DNA from: a virus
Taxonomy: Duplodnaviria; Heunggongvirae; Uroviricota; Caudoviricetes
Virus record (IMG/VR): IMGVR_UViG_3300044630_004416
Location: 41,440-105,439 of that record
DNA: 64,000 bases
Reading direction: 5' to 3' (one strand)
The notes under the pieces are model-generated. The model saw only the letters and a program-made list of their open reading frames with translations. It had not been told where the DNA came from and ran no database searches. Both the position numbers and the translations under genes were made by a program. Positions 9,629 to 20,456 of this stretch are shown in pieces. Each line of letters starts with the position of its first letter. Position 1 is the stretch's first letter.

Positions 9629-11386
9629 TTAATAAGTACCACCATCGAGGGTTGTAGTCCAAACAGGAACGCCAGAAGCATTCACAGTTAAAATTTGATA
9701 AGAAGTACTAGCATCATTACTGCCAGCAGCAACTGTTCTAGTTAGTCTCTTATACTGGTCAAAGAATGCAACACCATTTAAAATACCATCATCTAATTTT
9801 ACAGTTTTGAAGTATGCACTTCCTACTGTGCCAGAAAATACATTGTTAGTATTGGTAGCTTCTGGAATATATGTGAAATAGTAATTTACTACATCTTCAG
9901 AAATTCCAGACTCATCAAATCCAAAGAATCCAGTCTTCAATCCAGAACGATAGTATTTAAATTCAATACCACGGTCTAGATTGTCGTCTCCACCTTGAGT
10001 GAAAATTAATGCAGTACCAGAAGAAATTCCACCAGTAGTTGCAGTACTGATTGTAATTGTTGTTGAGTTATCAACGCTTACAATAGTAGTTCCATTAACA
10101 ATGTTGGCATCTCCAGAAACGATGTCCCCAGCATTTAGACCAGTTGTATTATCTAGGGTTAGTGTTGTAGCTCCATTTGAAGCAGATGCAGTTAATACCT
10201 TTTCACTGATTGCATCTCCCAATGTAAAAATTGGGTCATTTACTGTCATTACAGTTGAATTAACTGTTGTTGTAGTACCAGTTACTTTAAAATTACCTCG
10301 TACAACAACATCTCCACCAGAATCTCCACCTGCTGGATATGGGTCTAGTGTAATAGTCTGACTTCCAGACTCACTATAAATTGTAGTTCCCTGCAATCTG
10401 AGTGAACCAAAATCAATAACTGTTGAAGAATTTCCAATATTTAATGCTGCAGCATCACCAGCAAAATTAACAGTAGTCGCAGTAGCATTTAAAAGATTAA
10501 ATGTGGTTTGATTAGTTGTTAAATCTCCACCTTTAATTTGTAAATCATTATCAATTACAACATTTGCTGAACCGATAGTAATTAATTCAGATGAATTAGT
10601 TGTATCAATTTTAATATAACTATTTGTTCCTTCTTTAATTACTAACGCACTAGGAGTATTATCTTTTAGATTAATATTTGTTGCTACTTCAGTTATATTA
10701 ATATCTCCACCTTGTACTGTTAAATCTCCAGAAACAGTAAAGTTTGAAGGAGATACTAAAGTACCAACGTTTACTGAACCAGCAACGTTTAAATTTTCTC
10801 CAATTCCTACACCACCTGTAACTACTAATGCTCCAGATGTAGTGGTGGTTGAACTAGTTGCATCGCTTAGTGAAATTGAAACACCAGAGGCAAAATTCCA
10901 ATCTGCTCCAGTTACTTCTAATCTATCATCAGTTGCTTCATCATATTTAATTTTGGTATCCTTACTAGTTCCAAATGTTAAATATGTGTCATCAGGGATT
11001 ACAATCTCTCCAGTTCCATTTGGGTCGAGATTGATATCTCCATCTGTATTTGTTGATGAAATTGTATTTCCATCAAGTCCAAGATTATCTACATAAAACT
11101 CGTTAACCTTTTTAGCAGAGTCTACTATCAAAGCAGAGTTTGCTGTAAGAGTTCCATGCCCATGGTCAAGCATATCAGTGAAGTATTTTCCACCGATAAT
11201 TTCAATATTTGCTGCAACACCACCAGTTTCAGTTCCAGTTCCAAGGAACATCTTACCATATGATGTTACTATGGCAGATTGAGCATCTGTATAATTTGAT
11301 GTACCCCAGGAATATCCTAATTCACCCTGACCTAAGTTTGGTGTTGAAGTTCCTGAGGACCTTTTAATTTTAATTATAGTTGCCAT
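9629..11386 (-). CDS. tail fibre protein
   Basis: 585 aa. N-terminus MATIIKIKRSSGTSTPNLGQGELGYS matches the conserved tail-fibre N-terminal motif (T4 gp37 [32 protein letters not shown]). Gly/Thr/Asn-rich repetitive body. Confidence 0.6.
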   Translation of the reverse strand: MATIIKIKRSSGTSTPNLGQGELGYSWGTSNYTDAQSAIVTSYGKMFLGTGTETGGVAANIEIIGGKYFTDMLDHGHGTLTANSALIVDSAKKVNEFYVDNLGLDGNTISSTNTDGDINLDPNGTGEIVIPDDTYLTFGTSKDTKIKYDEATDDRLEVTGADWNFASGVSISLSDATSSTTTTSGALVVTGGVGIGENLNVAGSVNVGTLVSPSNFTVSGDLTVQGGDINITEVATNINLKDNTPSALVIKEGTNSYIKIDTTNSSELITIGSANVVIDNDLQIKGGDLTTNQTTFNLLNATATTVNFAGDAAALNIGNSSTVIDFGSLRLQGTTIYSESGSQTITLDPYPAGGDSGGDVVVRGNFKVTGTTTTVNSTVMTVNDPIFTLGDAISEKVLTASASNGATTLTLDNTTGLNAGDIVSGDANIVNGTTIVSVDNSTTITISTATTGGISSGTALIFTQGGDDNLDRGIEFKYYRSGLKTGFFGFDESGISEDVVNYYFTYIPEATNTNNVFSGTVGSAYFKTVKLDDGILNGVAFFDQYKRLTRTVAAGSNDASTSYQILTVNASGVPVWTTTLDGGTY

Positions 11387-11406
11387 TTGTGTTTTCCCTG
11401 ATGGTT

Positions 11407-11613
11407 TTAGTAGTTACCGCAATTAATGGTTAGCCCATTTCTTTCTATAGTATTTGAAGCAACCCAAGCACCAACAGAAGAATCATATTGAAGAAGTGCT
11501 CCATGTTGTGCATTCAAAGAATCTACATCACTTAAAGTAGATAATTTTTGAGCAGAGTTAGCTGAAATTGTAATAACCTGTGGCTGATTTGATACTGTTA
11601 CACTTGTTTTCAT
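11407..11613 (-). CDS. hypothetical small protein
   Basis: 68-aa ORF in the operon. Overlaps the stop of the upstream gene (ATGA). Confidence 0.4.
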   Translation of the reverse strand: MKTSVTVSNQPQVITISANSAQKLSTLSDVDSLNAQHGALLQYDSSVGAWVASNTIERNGLTINCGNY

Positions 11614-11945
11614 TTTGTTACCCCTGGGTTAATAGTAACAATTCCTTCTATAACTCTGGTCTTTTTACCAGCTCCATTCACTAAAACAACATCATATAAG
11701 TATCTACCGTATTCCATATTAGAAGTTTGGCTAGATGTCAAATCAAGATTAATAATTCCAGTAGTTCTCAATACATTAAAGGATACTGTAAAATCTACTG
11801 AGGTACTGCTATAATAAGATTTTCTTATTTTGGCAATCCCTGTGTAACCAGTCAAATCCCAAGGTGCGTTATTATCGTCATACACAGTAATTTGTGCATT
11901 AAAATCTGCTCCTTGGTCAATATACAGATTTTTTACAGCTGCCAT
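11610..11945 (-). CDS. hypothetical structural-module protein
   Basis: 111-aa ORF with beta-rich composition. Sits in the tail-fibre region. Confidence 0.5.
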   Translation of the reverse strand: MAAVKNLYIDQGADFNAQITVYDDNNAPWDLTGYTGIAKIRKSYYSSTSVDFTVSFNVLRTTGIINLDLTSSQTSNMEYGRYLYDVVLVNGAGKKTRVIEGIVTINPGVTK

Positions 11946-11991
11946 TTAATTATATTTATATAGAGAGGTTTCCTTAATATTTATAATACCT

Positions 11992-12165
11992 CTAATCTTT
12001 TGAATTAAAATTTTTACACATCATATTTGCAACAACTTGCTGCTGTACATGATACAGTCTAACTAACTGTTTTGCAATATTTTTAGCTTGACTTTCATCT
12101 AATTTATCAATATCATTATAAATTTTTTGTAAGGTAAACTGTTTATTTAAAGGAAGTTCATTCAT
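11992..12165 (-). CDS. small protein (57 aa)
   Basis: Manual translation MNELPLNKQFTLQKIYNDIDKLDESQAKNIAKQLVRLYHVQQQVVANMMCKNFNSKD. Below the track cut-off. Confidence 0.3.
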   Translation of the reverse strand: MNELPLNKQFTLQKIYNDIDKLDESQAKNIAKQLVRLYHVQQQVVANMMCKNFNSKD

Positions 12166-12388
12166 TAGACGATACCAATTGTACTAGCATGGTTTTAATA
12201 TCAGAAATATCAGATTTTAAATTTTTTATTTCTTCTTCTAGTATATGTATCTTCTGTTTTTCTATCTGTCTTTGATGATACATCTTCATGTAATTTTCAT
12301 ATTCACTGGTGGAGCCATTTATGATAGCTCCACTTTTTGCGTCACGATATAAATTTGTATGTCCATCAACTAATAATTTTTCTGTCAT
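12158..12388 (-). CDS. small coiled-coil protein
   Basis: 76-aa ORF immediately downstream of the giant 2089-aa gene. Confidence 0.45.
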   Translation of the reverse strand: MTEKLLVDGHTNLYRDAKSGAIINGSTSEYENYMKMYHQRQIEKQKIHILEEEIKNLKSDISDIKTMLVQLVSSNE

Positions 12389-12389
12389 A

Positions 12390-15300
12390 TCAGACTGCTA
12401 ATGCAATTGTTCTAAAATTCTTAACTTTTGGAACTGTAGTTCTGTCGTGAGAAATTAACACAATTTTGATTGCAAATTCTTTAAAATCACCGATGTTATT
12501 TTTTTCAAATTCAAATGATTTGTATTGTGTAGAAGTTGCAGAGATTGGATATGAAATTGAATCTAATTCAATGTATGACATTGATGTAAATGACCCAGAA
12601 TCATCATCTCTCTTAACTTTAGCAAATACTTTAATATCACAATTTTGTAGTCTAATTGCATCAAAGAATACTTTGATAGCAGTAGAAGAATTTTCTAGGA
12701 CAACTTTCTTACAAATATACACTGCATCATGTTTTCCTCCCTGTGGGAGTAATTCAGATGAAACATCTAATACACCTTCAGAGTCATCAATTCTGTTGAT
12801 TCTGTTCATTGCGGTGACTACTGATGCACCCTCATAATTAATAACTGGACTTACATTATCTTTAGATGTAGATATATTAACTGCAACAGTTAAAGATTTA
12901 TTAGAATCAAAATATTCTAATTCATTTGGTTCGGAAAGAACAGTTCTTGAAATATTTAATTCATTTATCTTTTCATTATTTACAGATTCAAATCCAATAT
13001 TTGTGTATGCTGAATAAGGATTATTTACAGAATTTCCAGTAATGCTTGAGAATTCTAAAGATGTAGTAGTATTTGGAAGATTAATCGCAGAGATTTTTGG
13101 AGTTATAACTTCATATTGTAAGTTCTTGGAAGCTTTCATTTTACTACCACCACATTTCTTTGTGCTAGATGCAACTGTAGTTGTAGTAATAGTATACCTA
13201 TCCATATCAACAATTCCACTTACAAAGTGCTCCTTTTCTAACTCATTAATAGGAATTCCATTAACTGTATAGCACTTAACTACACTTGATGCTGGATGAG
13301 ATACAATATTTGTACTAAATTGTCCTCTTCCTCCAATAGGAATGGTAAGTGTATTTCCACTTCTGGTGTATGAAATAATTTCATTATCTACTTTAATATA
13401 ACCACTTGTTGGGAATAGTGAAGCATCAGAAACAGTTACGGTAGAAGAAGCAGTTGTATTTTGTGTATTTGTAAAGCTACTAGTTGAAGATAATGTAGTA
13501 TCTGGAACATCAGAAGTTACTGATGAAATTAATACTTTATTATTTACAGAATACATTCCATGATTTGGCTGCAACACAGTAATAATATTACTGGAAGAAG
13601 TCATGGATAATGCATTTGAAGTTAATTTAACTAATGGCAACACATCATTCTTGAAGTATGCAGTAACAGTTGAATTTGTTACGAATTTAGCACGATATAA
13701 TGTATATTTAATGTCTTCAAATTGTTCTGGAGTCCATGTACTCATATTTTGTGATTTGAATACTGAACCTAATGTTGGTTGCTTATCAATAATTTTTTTA
13801 GTTTTAATATCATTTTCTCCCAACCTAGAAAGCCATGCTTTATATTCTAATGAGTTAGTGTAAAGAATAAATGCATATTCTTTGTTTTGTGCTAAGTATA
13901 CAGGATTTTTAAATGTAAATTTAGTAGCAACTGATGCATCATTTGATACACTAATTTGTGAAGGTTGGAGTGTAACTCTACTGTTTGGAATTTCTGTTTG
14001 AGTAGGAGTTCCATTTTCAACTGTTACAATATAAAAATCTACTGGGAAATCTGTTCCCTTCTTCTGGAAATAAACATCAGCAGAAGTTAGGAATACACCA
14101 CCTTCTTCTTCAATTTTAAATGATTGTGCTAGTGGGTCATGTCTTGGTGGTGGGTCTGGAACATAAACTACTCTTGAACTTGTAATTGGTGTTGTTGTTA
14201 CTTGAGGAACATCAAATGATACTGAGTTTGTTGTTACACTAACTTGTGAACCTTGAGATTTATATGTGGTGTACGCATTTGTATCAGAAACACCATAAAT
14301 TAATGAGTTGGTTGAGCTATCAGTTAAGGTGAATACCGTATCACCATTTTCAAAAGTTAACGCTGGTAATATAATAAATGCATAAATGTTACCATAATTA
14401 TCAGATTTTAGTCTCTGCTTTTTAGATAAAGTAGAAGTTGCAGTAGCGTTTGAAGTTATTCCAGTTATTTTTAGGCTATTTTCTTGTAATGCTGGAGGTG
14501 ATATTTTACTGATATTTGTTTGATTAACACTAATATCATCTATTACTAATACAGTTGAAGTGGCACTATATGCAGCAGATGTTGTAGTATCTGAATAAGT
14601 GGATGTTGATTTTACAGTAGCATATAGGAAATTAACACCATCACCAGTTATTTTTACTTTCTCTCCAACAATGAATGAAGTAGAGCCAGTTGACATTGTT
14701 ATTGGTAATCTCTTAGGGAAAATATATGAATTCATATCTTTGCCATCGGCAAAGAAATACATATTTGTCTTTGGCTTAATCTTAGATGCAGCTAAATCAA
14801 TAATAATTGACCTTGCATATTGAATTGTACTGATTCCATTGAATGTTTCAGTTTCAATATTTTGCTTTAATGTACTAAAGCTATTATTTACTCCTGTTCT
14901 AGTTTGAGTTACGTTAGTTCCACCAGATACTCTTGTAGACCCTGTACTGGTCCAATTTCCCCACTGGTCTCCATCTGCACTACTTTCATCATATAAGAAT
15001 TTAACTGCAGATGATAAATCAATAGTTACTGTGTTTGGATTTGGAGTTTTCTTGGTATCATACCAAACATCTTGTGAAGGACTGATTTGAATTTCTCCAG
15101 TCCAAACTATAACATTAAATGGATTTAAATTTTCTACTCTACTTGCATAACTATTTTTTGAATATTCTACTGAGGTATAATCTAGAGTGATTGATTTACC
15201 TGTTAATTTTGATTGTGAGTTAGTAGAATCATAGATTAATTTAACATTATTTACAAACGGATATGGTCTTACAATTCCTTCTTCAGTATCTAATGATACA

Positions 15301-18300
15301 TTATAATCAGAATTTAGTGTATCTGAAAATTGTTTTGATTTAAAGTTATCTACTAAGAATCCATTTTTAAATCTATTTCTACCTTCTGAATCAAGAATAT
15401 TCATAGTATTGGTATCTAATTCTAAAAGACTTAGTGAAGTATATTCTTCAACATTTTCAAGTCTCTTATCAAGATTACCAATATCTTTCATAGTATATCT
15501 TTGAGTTTTTTCAATCTCAATCTTAATATTTTCAATATTTTTTACATATGGTGGGCAATAAATTGTAGCTAATAATAATCCATTATTAACTGATGATGGT
15601 TTTTTTGGATTATCTGATGGAGAACCTTCTGAAATTATAAAATTGCCATTTTCATCCAAATATAGTTGGTCAATTCTTCCCAAGTAATAGCTATAATCTG
15701 CAGTTAATACTTCTCCAGGGTATGAAATTGCACCAGTAGAAGTAGTTACTGAATAGCTATTCAATGATGATTGATTTTCTTTATATGGAGATGCAATAGT
15801 TCCAGACCCAGTAACATTAGTATTATGCTTGAATCTAAAATCAATAATATCAGTATAACTTGTTCCATCATATGCTAATGGGATATTTTCATATTCAATT
15901 TCTGTATCATGGGATGCTACTGAATAATAATCACCTGTAGAACCATGTTGGAAATAATCATATACAACTACAATTTTTGCAGTAGGAATTGGTGCATTAT
16001 CCTTTCTTACCAGTTTTGAAATTTTATATGTATCCTCTGTGTCATTTTTAATTAAGTTAAAATCATCAGTAATATCTACATAGGCTCCGCTGGTAGCAGA
16101 AGTAATTGTTTTATCAAGAAGTGATGAATTTGTGATGAATGAAATTTTTAAACTTGGATTATAGTTTGAACTATTTGTTAATTTTTCTGTAGTTAGATAT
16201 TTGATGTATAGTGTATTTGAAGAAATAGCAAGAACTTTTGCCTTGATATTTTCATACACAAAAATATCTCCAGGTACAATTTCAGATGCACTATTTACGG
16301 TAACTTTATCAAAAATTTGAGTTAATGTATCTGAAGTAGTTTTTTGATATATTGCATGAATTTTATATACGTCTGAAACTCCCAATGAAATTTCTTTATC
16401 TACATATCTATTTCCATAAATGCTGCTAGTTCCAGTACCAGTTCCTTTGTTTGAAGAAACCTCAAAAAATGTAAATTTCTTAGTGTCTTTTGAGATTGGA
16501 TTTGCAAGATTTACTTTTACCTTATAAAAAACGTATGCAGTTCCTGTAAGACTTGTTGTAATAGATAATTGATTTCCTGAAACCACCACCGTAGGAGCAG
16601 TATCAATTCCAGTTGCATTAAATACTACAACATCAGTAGTTGGTGTATATGATGTGCTTACGTTAATTACTGCATTGCTATTATTGATGGTTGAATATCC
16701 TTGTAAAATGCGATAATAATCAGAATCTGAGATACTTCTAACTGAAGATTTTTTTAATTTTGTAAAATAATTGGTTGAATTGGTTCTTAGCTTACAAACC
16801 AATTTTTTGACACTATAGAAAGTGCCAGTTAATGAAGGTGAGCTAGGAATAGTAATTGAAGAACTTGTAACTGTACTTGCAGTAGTTACAGTATCACCAA
16901 TTTTTATCTTTTGATAATTTGGAATTTCGTTATCAAAATTTGTTCCTGTTCCAGTAAGAATATTTGAAGATACTGCAAAAACACTTCCACTAATGTTTGA
17001 TTCGTATAAGTATGGGAATACTACAAAATTAGTTCCTGTTTCTTCATCTACTATTTTATAAACTTGCTCTAATTTATAATCTACTACATTGCTAATTGAT
17101 AATGTATTGCTATCCTTAGAATTGGTTAGTACATCACCACTTCTAAATACTCCAGAAATTTGATATAGTACTATGCTAGTACCACTTGTTACAGATTGAA
17201 CTACTGCTTTTGCTCCAGATGCAGAAAATACAAAATCACCAGCAGATAGAGATGTAGTTCCTATTGATGCTGTTACATAAGTGGTGATATCTGTTAAATA
17301 TAATCTTGGTTTGGAAGCAGGAGAAGTTACAGTAACAAATTTTGCTCTTCCAATAGTGTCATTATTTGAATTTTTTAGAAGTAAAACTTCTCCAAAAGAC
17401 AAATTAGATGAATTGAAGCTATCTGCACTTGAACTAATATCTAATTCAATGTAAGAACCAAAATTTAAATTTACTCCTGAATTAGATACTGATGTATATG
17501 TTCTTGGTTTTAAAATATTAATATTACTCTTTAATTGCTTATTAATTTCAAATCCTTTTACATAAGCTTTTCCTGATGATACATTTAATGTATAATAATT
17601 TTTTCCATTTATTGAATCTTCTTCTGTGCTTGTTGGGTCAACATCAAGAATTTTTTGTTCGCCATCTGGAGTAAATTGTCCAGCAACATAAACACCACCA
17701 TTTTCCCCATTATCTAGGGTTTCATTAAACTTGAATGTAAAATCACTTACAGTATAATCACCAGATTCATCATATGTTCTTCTGGCAAGAGTTTTTTCTA
17801 ACTCATTATAAACTGAAGTTGTGACGATAGTAGTAGCAACTCCGTTCTCAATTCTTAATAGTTCAATGAAGTTTGAAGAATCTGAAAATGTAATATCTTG
17901 CTTTATTAACTTTGCTTCTAGTTTTAGTCTATCTGCACCAGGAGCAGTGTAATTGGAATATCCAGCAGCATTATCATATAAATCTTCATCTTCTTCTGCA
18001 GTTACAATGCTTTCATTTATAGCAATTCCTACTTTATATGTTGGAAAATTGTTGTACTGGTCTAGGATAATAGTTTGTGGATTAATTTCAATAAAATAAC
18101 CCTTTGCAAAAACAACTCCAGATGTAATGGAAGCTACGCTACCAACATATTCAGAGGAATTTTGGAATGATGTTACTGCGATAACTTCATTGGTATTTTT
18201 ATCAACTAAAATTTCATTATTTTTAAATTTCTTGAGTTGAGTTCCGTTTTCTGTTTTTCCAGAAGCAGTATAATTTACATAAAATGTAATAATATTTTTT

Positions 18301-18659
18301 TCCGATTCATTAACACCAATTGAAGTTAAGATTTGAGCTTCTACTTCAGAATCAACTCCTTTGATTATTAATCCATTGTAATTTTCTCTGAATTCTTCTA
18401 CACTAACTCCATTAATTAAATTTTGAACTAAAACTGCATTGTACTCTAAATTATATCCAATTTGCCCAGGAATTACTAAAGAACCTTCTTTAAAAATGTG
18501 CTGACCAAATCTTTCAATTTGATTTTGTAATATTGACTGTAGCGTAGTTAATTCTCTAGCCTGTACGGAATATCCAGGTTTGAATAATACCTTATGGTAG
18601 GAATTTTGTTGAGAAAAATCATCAAAATAAGGAGCTAGATTTAATTTAGTATCTTGCAT
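12390..18659 (-). CDS. giant structural protein (2089 aa), baseplate/tail-fibre position
   Basis: Uninterrupted 6.27-kb ORF. Thr/Ser/Asn/Gly-rich beta-type composition. Lies between the gp8-position gene and the tail-fibre genes. AATAAATA late-promoter-like motif about 30-40 nt upstream. Confidence 0.7.
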   Translation of the reverse strand: MQDTKLNLAPYFDDFSQQNSYHKVLFKPGYSVQARELTTLQSILQNQIERFGQHIFKEGSLVIPGQIGYNLEYNAVLVQNLINGVSVEEFRENYNGLIIKGVDSEVEAQILTSIGVNESEKNIITFYVNYTASGKTENGTQLKKFKNNEILVDKNTNEVIAVTSFQNSSEYVGSVASITSGVVFAKGYFIEINPQTIILDQYNNFPTYKVGIAINESIVTAEEDEDLYDNAAGYSNYTAPGADRLKLEAKLIKQDITFSDSSNFIELLRIENGVATTIVTTSVYNELEKTLARRTYDESGDYTVSDFTFKFNETLDNGENGGVYVAGQFTPDGEQKILDVDPTSTEEDSINGKNYYTLNVSSGKAYVKGFEINKQLKSNINILKPRTYTSVSNSGVNLNFGSYIELDISSSADSFNSSNLSFGEVLLLKNSNNDTIGRAKFVTVTSPASKPRLYLTDITTYVTASIGTTSLSAGDFVFSASGAKAVVQSVTSGTSIVLYQISGVFRSGDVLTNSKDSNTLSISNVVDYKLEQVYKIVDEETGTNFVVFPYLYESNISGSVFAVSSNILTGTGTNFDNEIPNYQKIKIGDTVTTASTVTSSSITIPSSPSLTGTFYSVKKLVCKLRTNSTNYFTKLKKSSVRSISDSDYYRILQGYSTINNSNAVINVSTSYTPTTDVVVFNATGIDTAPTVVVSGNQLSITTSLTGTAYVFYKVKVNLANPISKDTKKFTFFEVSSNKGTGTGTSSIYGNRYVDKEISLGVSDVYKIHAIYQKTTSDTLTQIFDKVTVNSASEIVPGDIFVYENIKAKVLAISSNTLYIKYLTTEKLTNSSNYNPSLKISFITNSSLLDKTITSATSGAYVDITDDFNLIKNDTEDTYKISKLVRKDNAPIPTAKIVVVYDYFQHGSTGDYYSVASHDTEIEYENIPLAYDGTSYTDIIDFRFKHNTNVTGSGTIASPYKENQSSLNSYSVTTSTGAISYPGEVLTADYSYYLGRIDQLYLDENGNFIISEGSPSDNPKKPSSVNNGLLLATIYCPPYVKNIENIKIEIEKTQRYTMKDIGNLDKRLENVEEYTSLSLLELDTNTMNILDSEGRNRFKNGFLVDNFKSKQFSDTLNSDYNVSLDTEEGIVRPYPFVNNVKLIYDSTNSQSKLTGKSITLDYTSVEYSKNSYASRVENLNPFNVIVWTGEIQISPSQDVWYDTKKTPNPNTVTIDLSSAVKFLYDESSADGDQWGNWTSTGSTRVSGGTNVTQTRTGVNNSFSTLKQNIETETFNGISTIQYARSIIIDLAASKIKPKTNMYFFADGKDMNSYIFPKRLPITMSTGSTSFIVGEKVKITGDGVNFLYATVKSTSTYSDTTTSAAYSATSTVLVIDDISVNQTNISKISPPALQENSLKITGITSNATATSTLSKKQRLKSDNYGNIYAFIILPALTFENGDTVFTLTDSSTNSLIYGVSDTNAYTTYKSQGSQVSVTTNSVSFDVPQVTTTPITSSRVVYVPDPPPRHDPLAQSFKIEEEGGVFLTSADVYFQKKGTDFPVDFYIVTVENGTPTQTEIPNSRVTLQPSQISVSNDASVATKFTFKNPVYLAQNKEYAFILYTNSLEYKAWLSRLGENDIKTKKIIDKQPTLGSVFKSQNMSTWTPEQFEDIKYTLYRAKFVTNSTVTAYFKNDVLPLVKLTSNALSMTSSSNIITVLQPNHGMYSVNNKVLISSVTSDVPDTTLSSTSSFTNTQNTTASSTVTVSDASLFPTSGYIKVDNEIISYTRSGNTLTIPIGGRGQFSTNIVSHPASSVVKCYTVNGIPINELEKEHFVSGIVDMDRYTITTTTVASSTKKCGGSKMKASKNLQYEVITPKISAINLPNTTTSLEFSSITGNSVNNPYSAYTNIGFESVNNEKINELNISRTVLSEPNELEYFDSNKSLTVAVNISTSKDNVSPVINYEGASVVTAMNRINRIDDSEGVLDVSSELLPQGGKHDAVYICKKVVLENSSTAIKVFFDAIRLQNCDIKVFAKVKRDDDSGSFTSMSYIELDSISYPISATSTQYKSFEFEKNNIGDFKEFAIKIVLISHDRTTVPKVKNFRTIALAV

Positions 18660-18700
18660 TTGTATTCAACACTTAGAGTTTTAGTTCTTATATATTTATT

Positions 18701-20428
18701 TTAAAATTCTATGACTAATTTTATATCTTCAATTTGGTCATCTGCTCTGGTAACAGGGCTTCTGTTTTCAATGTATAGAATATTTCCACTATTTTTTGTA
18801 ATTTCTGAGTTAGAATATCCACTAGAGAATGTTCTTCCAACAAAAGTTTCTCCAGAAGCAGTACTAAAAGATGTCCTTGGGGTTAGTCCAACAGTATTGC
18901 TAGCAGATTTGATTGCATTTGCTCCACTAAACGAAATTAATTTGTATGCATTAGTATTAAGTTGAGCTGCAGAAATATATTCATTTTGATAATAACGAAG
19001 AACCTTGTTTACACTATCCCAATGAACAACTCTTCCTTTTGCTCCTGTGGTATCTTGAGTAATGATTTCTCCAGGAATAAAACTTGTTGTAGTTTCTAGT
19101 GGAAACGCAATTGCTTTACAGACAGTTCCAGTTGGAGATAGGAAATCATCGCCAGAAATTTGTGGGTCTGAAATAAGTCCAAACCTTCTAAACTGCATAT
19201 CTACTGGAATATCTCCATCACCATCTAGGAAATCTAAACTTTTGTTAATCATAACTCTATATCCACCAAGCTCTGCTACTGGGTTGGTGCCATGTCCACC
19301 AGCAGGAGAAATTATTGCAACAATTTTTGCATTTGTTGCAGTTCCTAAATCTACTGTAGTTCCCCCAAAAGTACCACTAGAATAAGTTGTATAACATTTT
19401 GTTAAATCTATAGTTCCAAATGTATATCCACTACCAACGTTAATGATAGATGCAGAAGTAATTTTTCCAGTATTTGGAGAAGTATTTCCTACTGTAATTT
19501 GAACTGCACCATTTGTACCATCACCAAGAATTGGAGTGTAGTAAGTTGTAGCTGTAGTATAGTTTAATCCACTTCCAGTATTGCTTACAATGCATTGTTC
19601 GATGGTTCCTTCAGTAGCAGCGGCAGAAACATTATCATCTTTCTTGATTGCCATGAAGTCACTGGATACAAATTTAATGTAATCATTAATAGTTAATGAA
19701 TACATATATTTCCACTTATATCCATCTGATGTATTAATAATTGAAGTGCTGGTTCCACTTGGCTGTACAGTGGATACTCTTCCATTTGGATAAGTTCCAG
19801 GAAAATATCCGTTGTAGATGCACTTATATACTTGATATTGGTCATTAATCACATAAAATTGTGAATCATATAATTTAGAAGCACCAGTTACAGAAAGATT
19901 TGATGGGCTATAATCATGTCTATACATGTCATATACTGTACCAGTCTTCCAAATTCTCCTTCTGATTACTGGAGATACATCAGTTGCAGTTATTCTCTTC
20001 AATGAAATCATATCATCAAAAATTTCATTTAATTCATCAATAGAATCTACTGGAGATGGAGCAGTATCTGTTGTTAATGAACTATACTTTTCTGCTACTG
20101 TAGTTGGATTCCAAGCCTGAGGTCTTCCAATGAATAAGTAAATTTTACTTCTGAATGCTTTAGCTGAATCATCAGAATCAGAACGTAATTTCCAAACAGT
20201 TCCAGTACCAGTTCCTACTGCAATTGCAGTGAAAATAGTACCTTCAGTTGCTCCTTCAGGAGCACCAACTAATTGCCAGTTAGTATTGCCTAGAGTTTTA
20301 ATAGTATAAGTGCTACCAACAACAATGCTTGTAGCATTTACAATTGTTGGTTCATAAGGTTCTGCAAGAGATTCTATGAACTGCTGGGAAGCAAATATTC
20401 TAAAATTATCTGATACAATTGACGCCAT
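18701..20428 (-). CDS. baseplate protein at gp8 position (575 aa); carries N-terminal TNW-GAP module
   Basis: Follows the gp7-position giant gene. N-terminus contains TLGNTNWQLVGAPEGATEGTIFTAIAVGTGTG, also found in two other proteins. AATAAATA motif upstream. Confidence 0.5.
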   Translation of the reverse strand: MASIVSDNFRIFASQQFIESLAEPYEPTIVNATSIVVGSTYTIKTLGNTNWQLVGAPEGATEGTIFTAIAVGTGTGTVWKLRSDSDDSAKAFRSKIYLFIGRPQAWNPTTVAEKYSSLTTDTAPSPVDSIDELNEIFDDMISLKRITATDVSPVIRRRIWKTGTVYDMYRHDYSPSNLSVTGASKLYDSQFYVINDQYQVYKCIYNGYFPGTYPNGRVSTVQPSGTSTSIINTSDGYKWKYMYSLTINDYIKFVSSDFMAIKKDDNVSAAATEGTIEQCIVSNTGSGLNYTTATTYYTPILGDGTNGAVQITVGNTSPNTGKITSASIINVGSGYTFGTIDLTKCYTTYSSGTFGGTTVDLGTATNAKIVAIISPAGGHGTNPVAELGGYRVMINKSLDFLDGDGDIPVDMQFRRFGLISDPQISGDDFLSPTGTVCKAIAFPLETTTSFIPGEIITQDTTGAKGRVVHWDSVNKVLRYYQNEYISAAQLNTNAYKLISFSGANAIKSASNTVGLTPRTSFSTASGETFVGRTFSSGYSNSEITKNSGNILYIENRSPVTRADDQIEDIKLVIEF

Positions 20429-20456
20429 TAGTTTATAAGCTCTTTTTTATTATTTA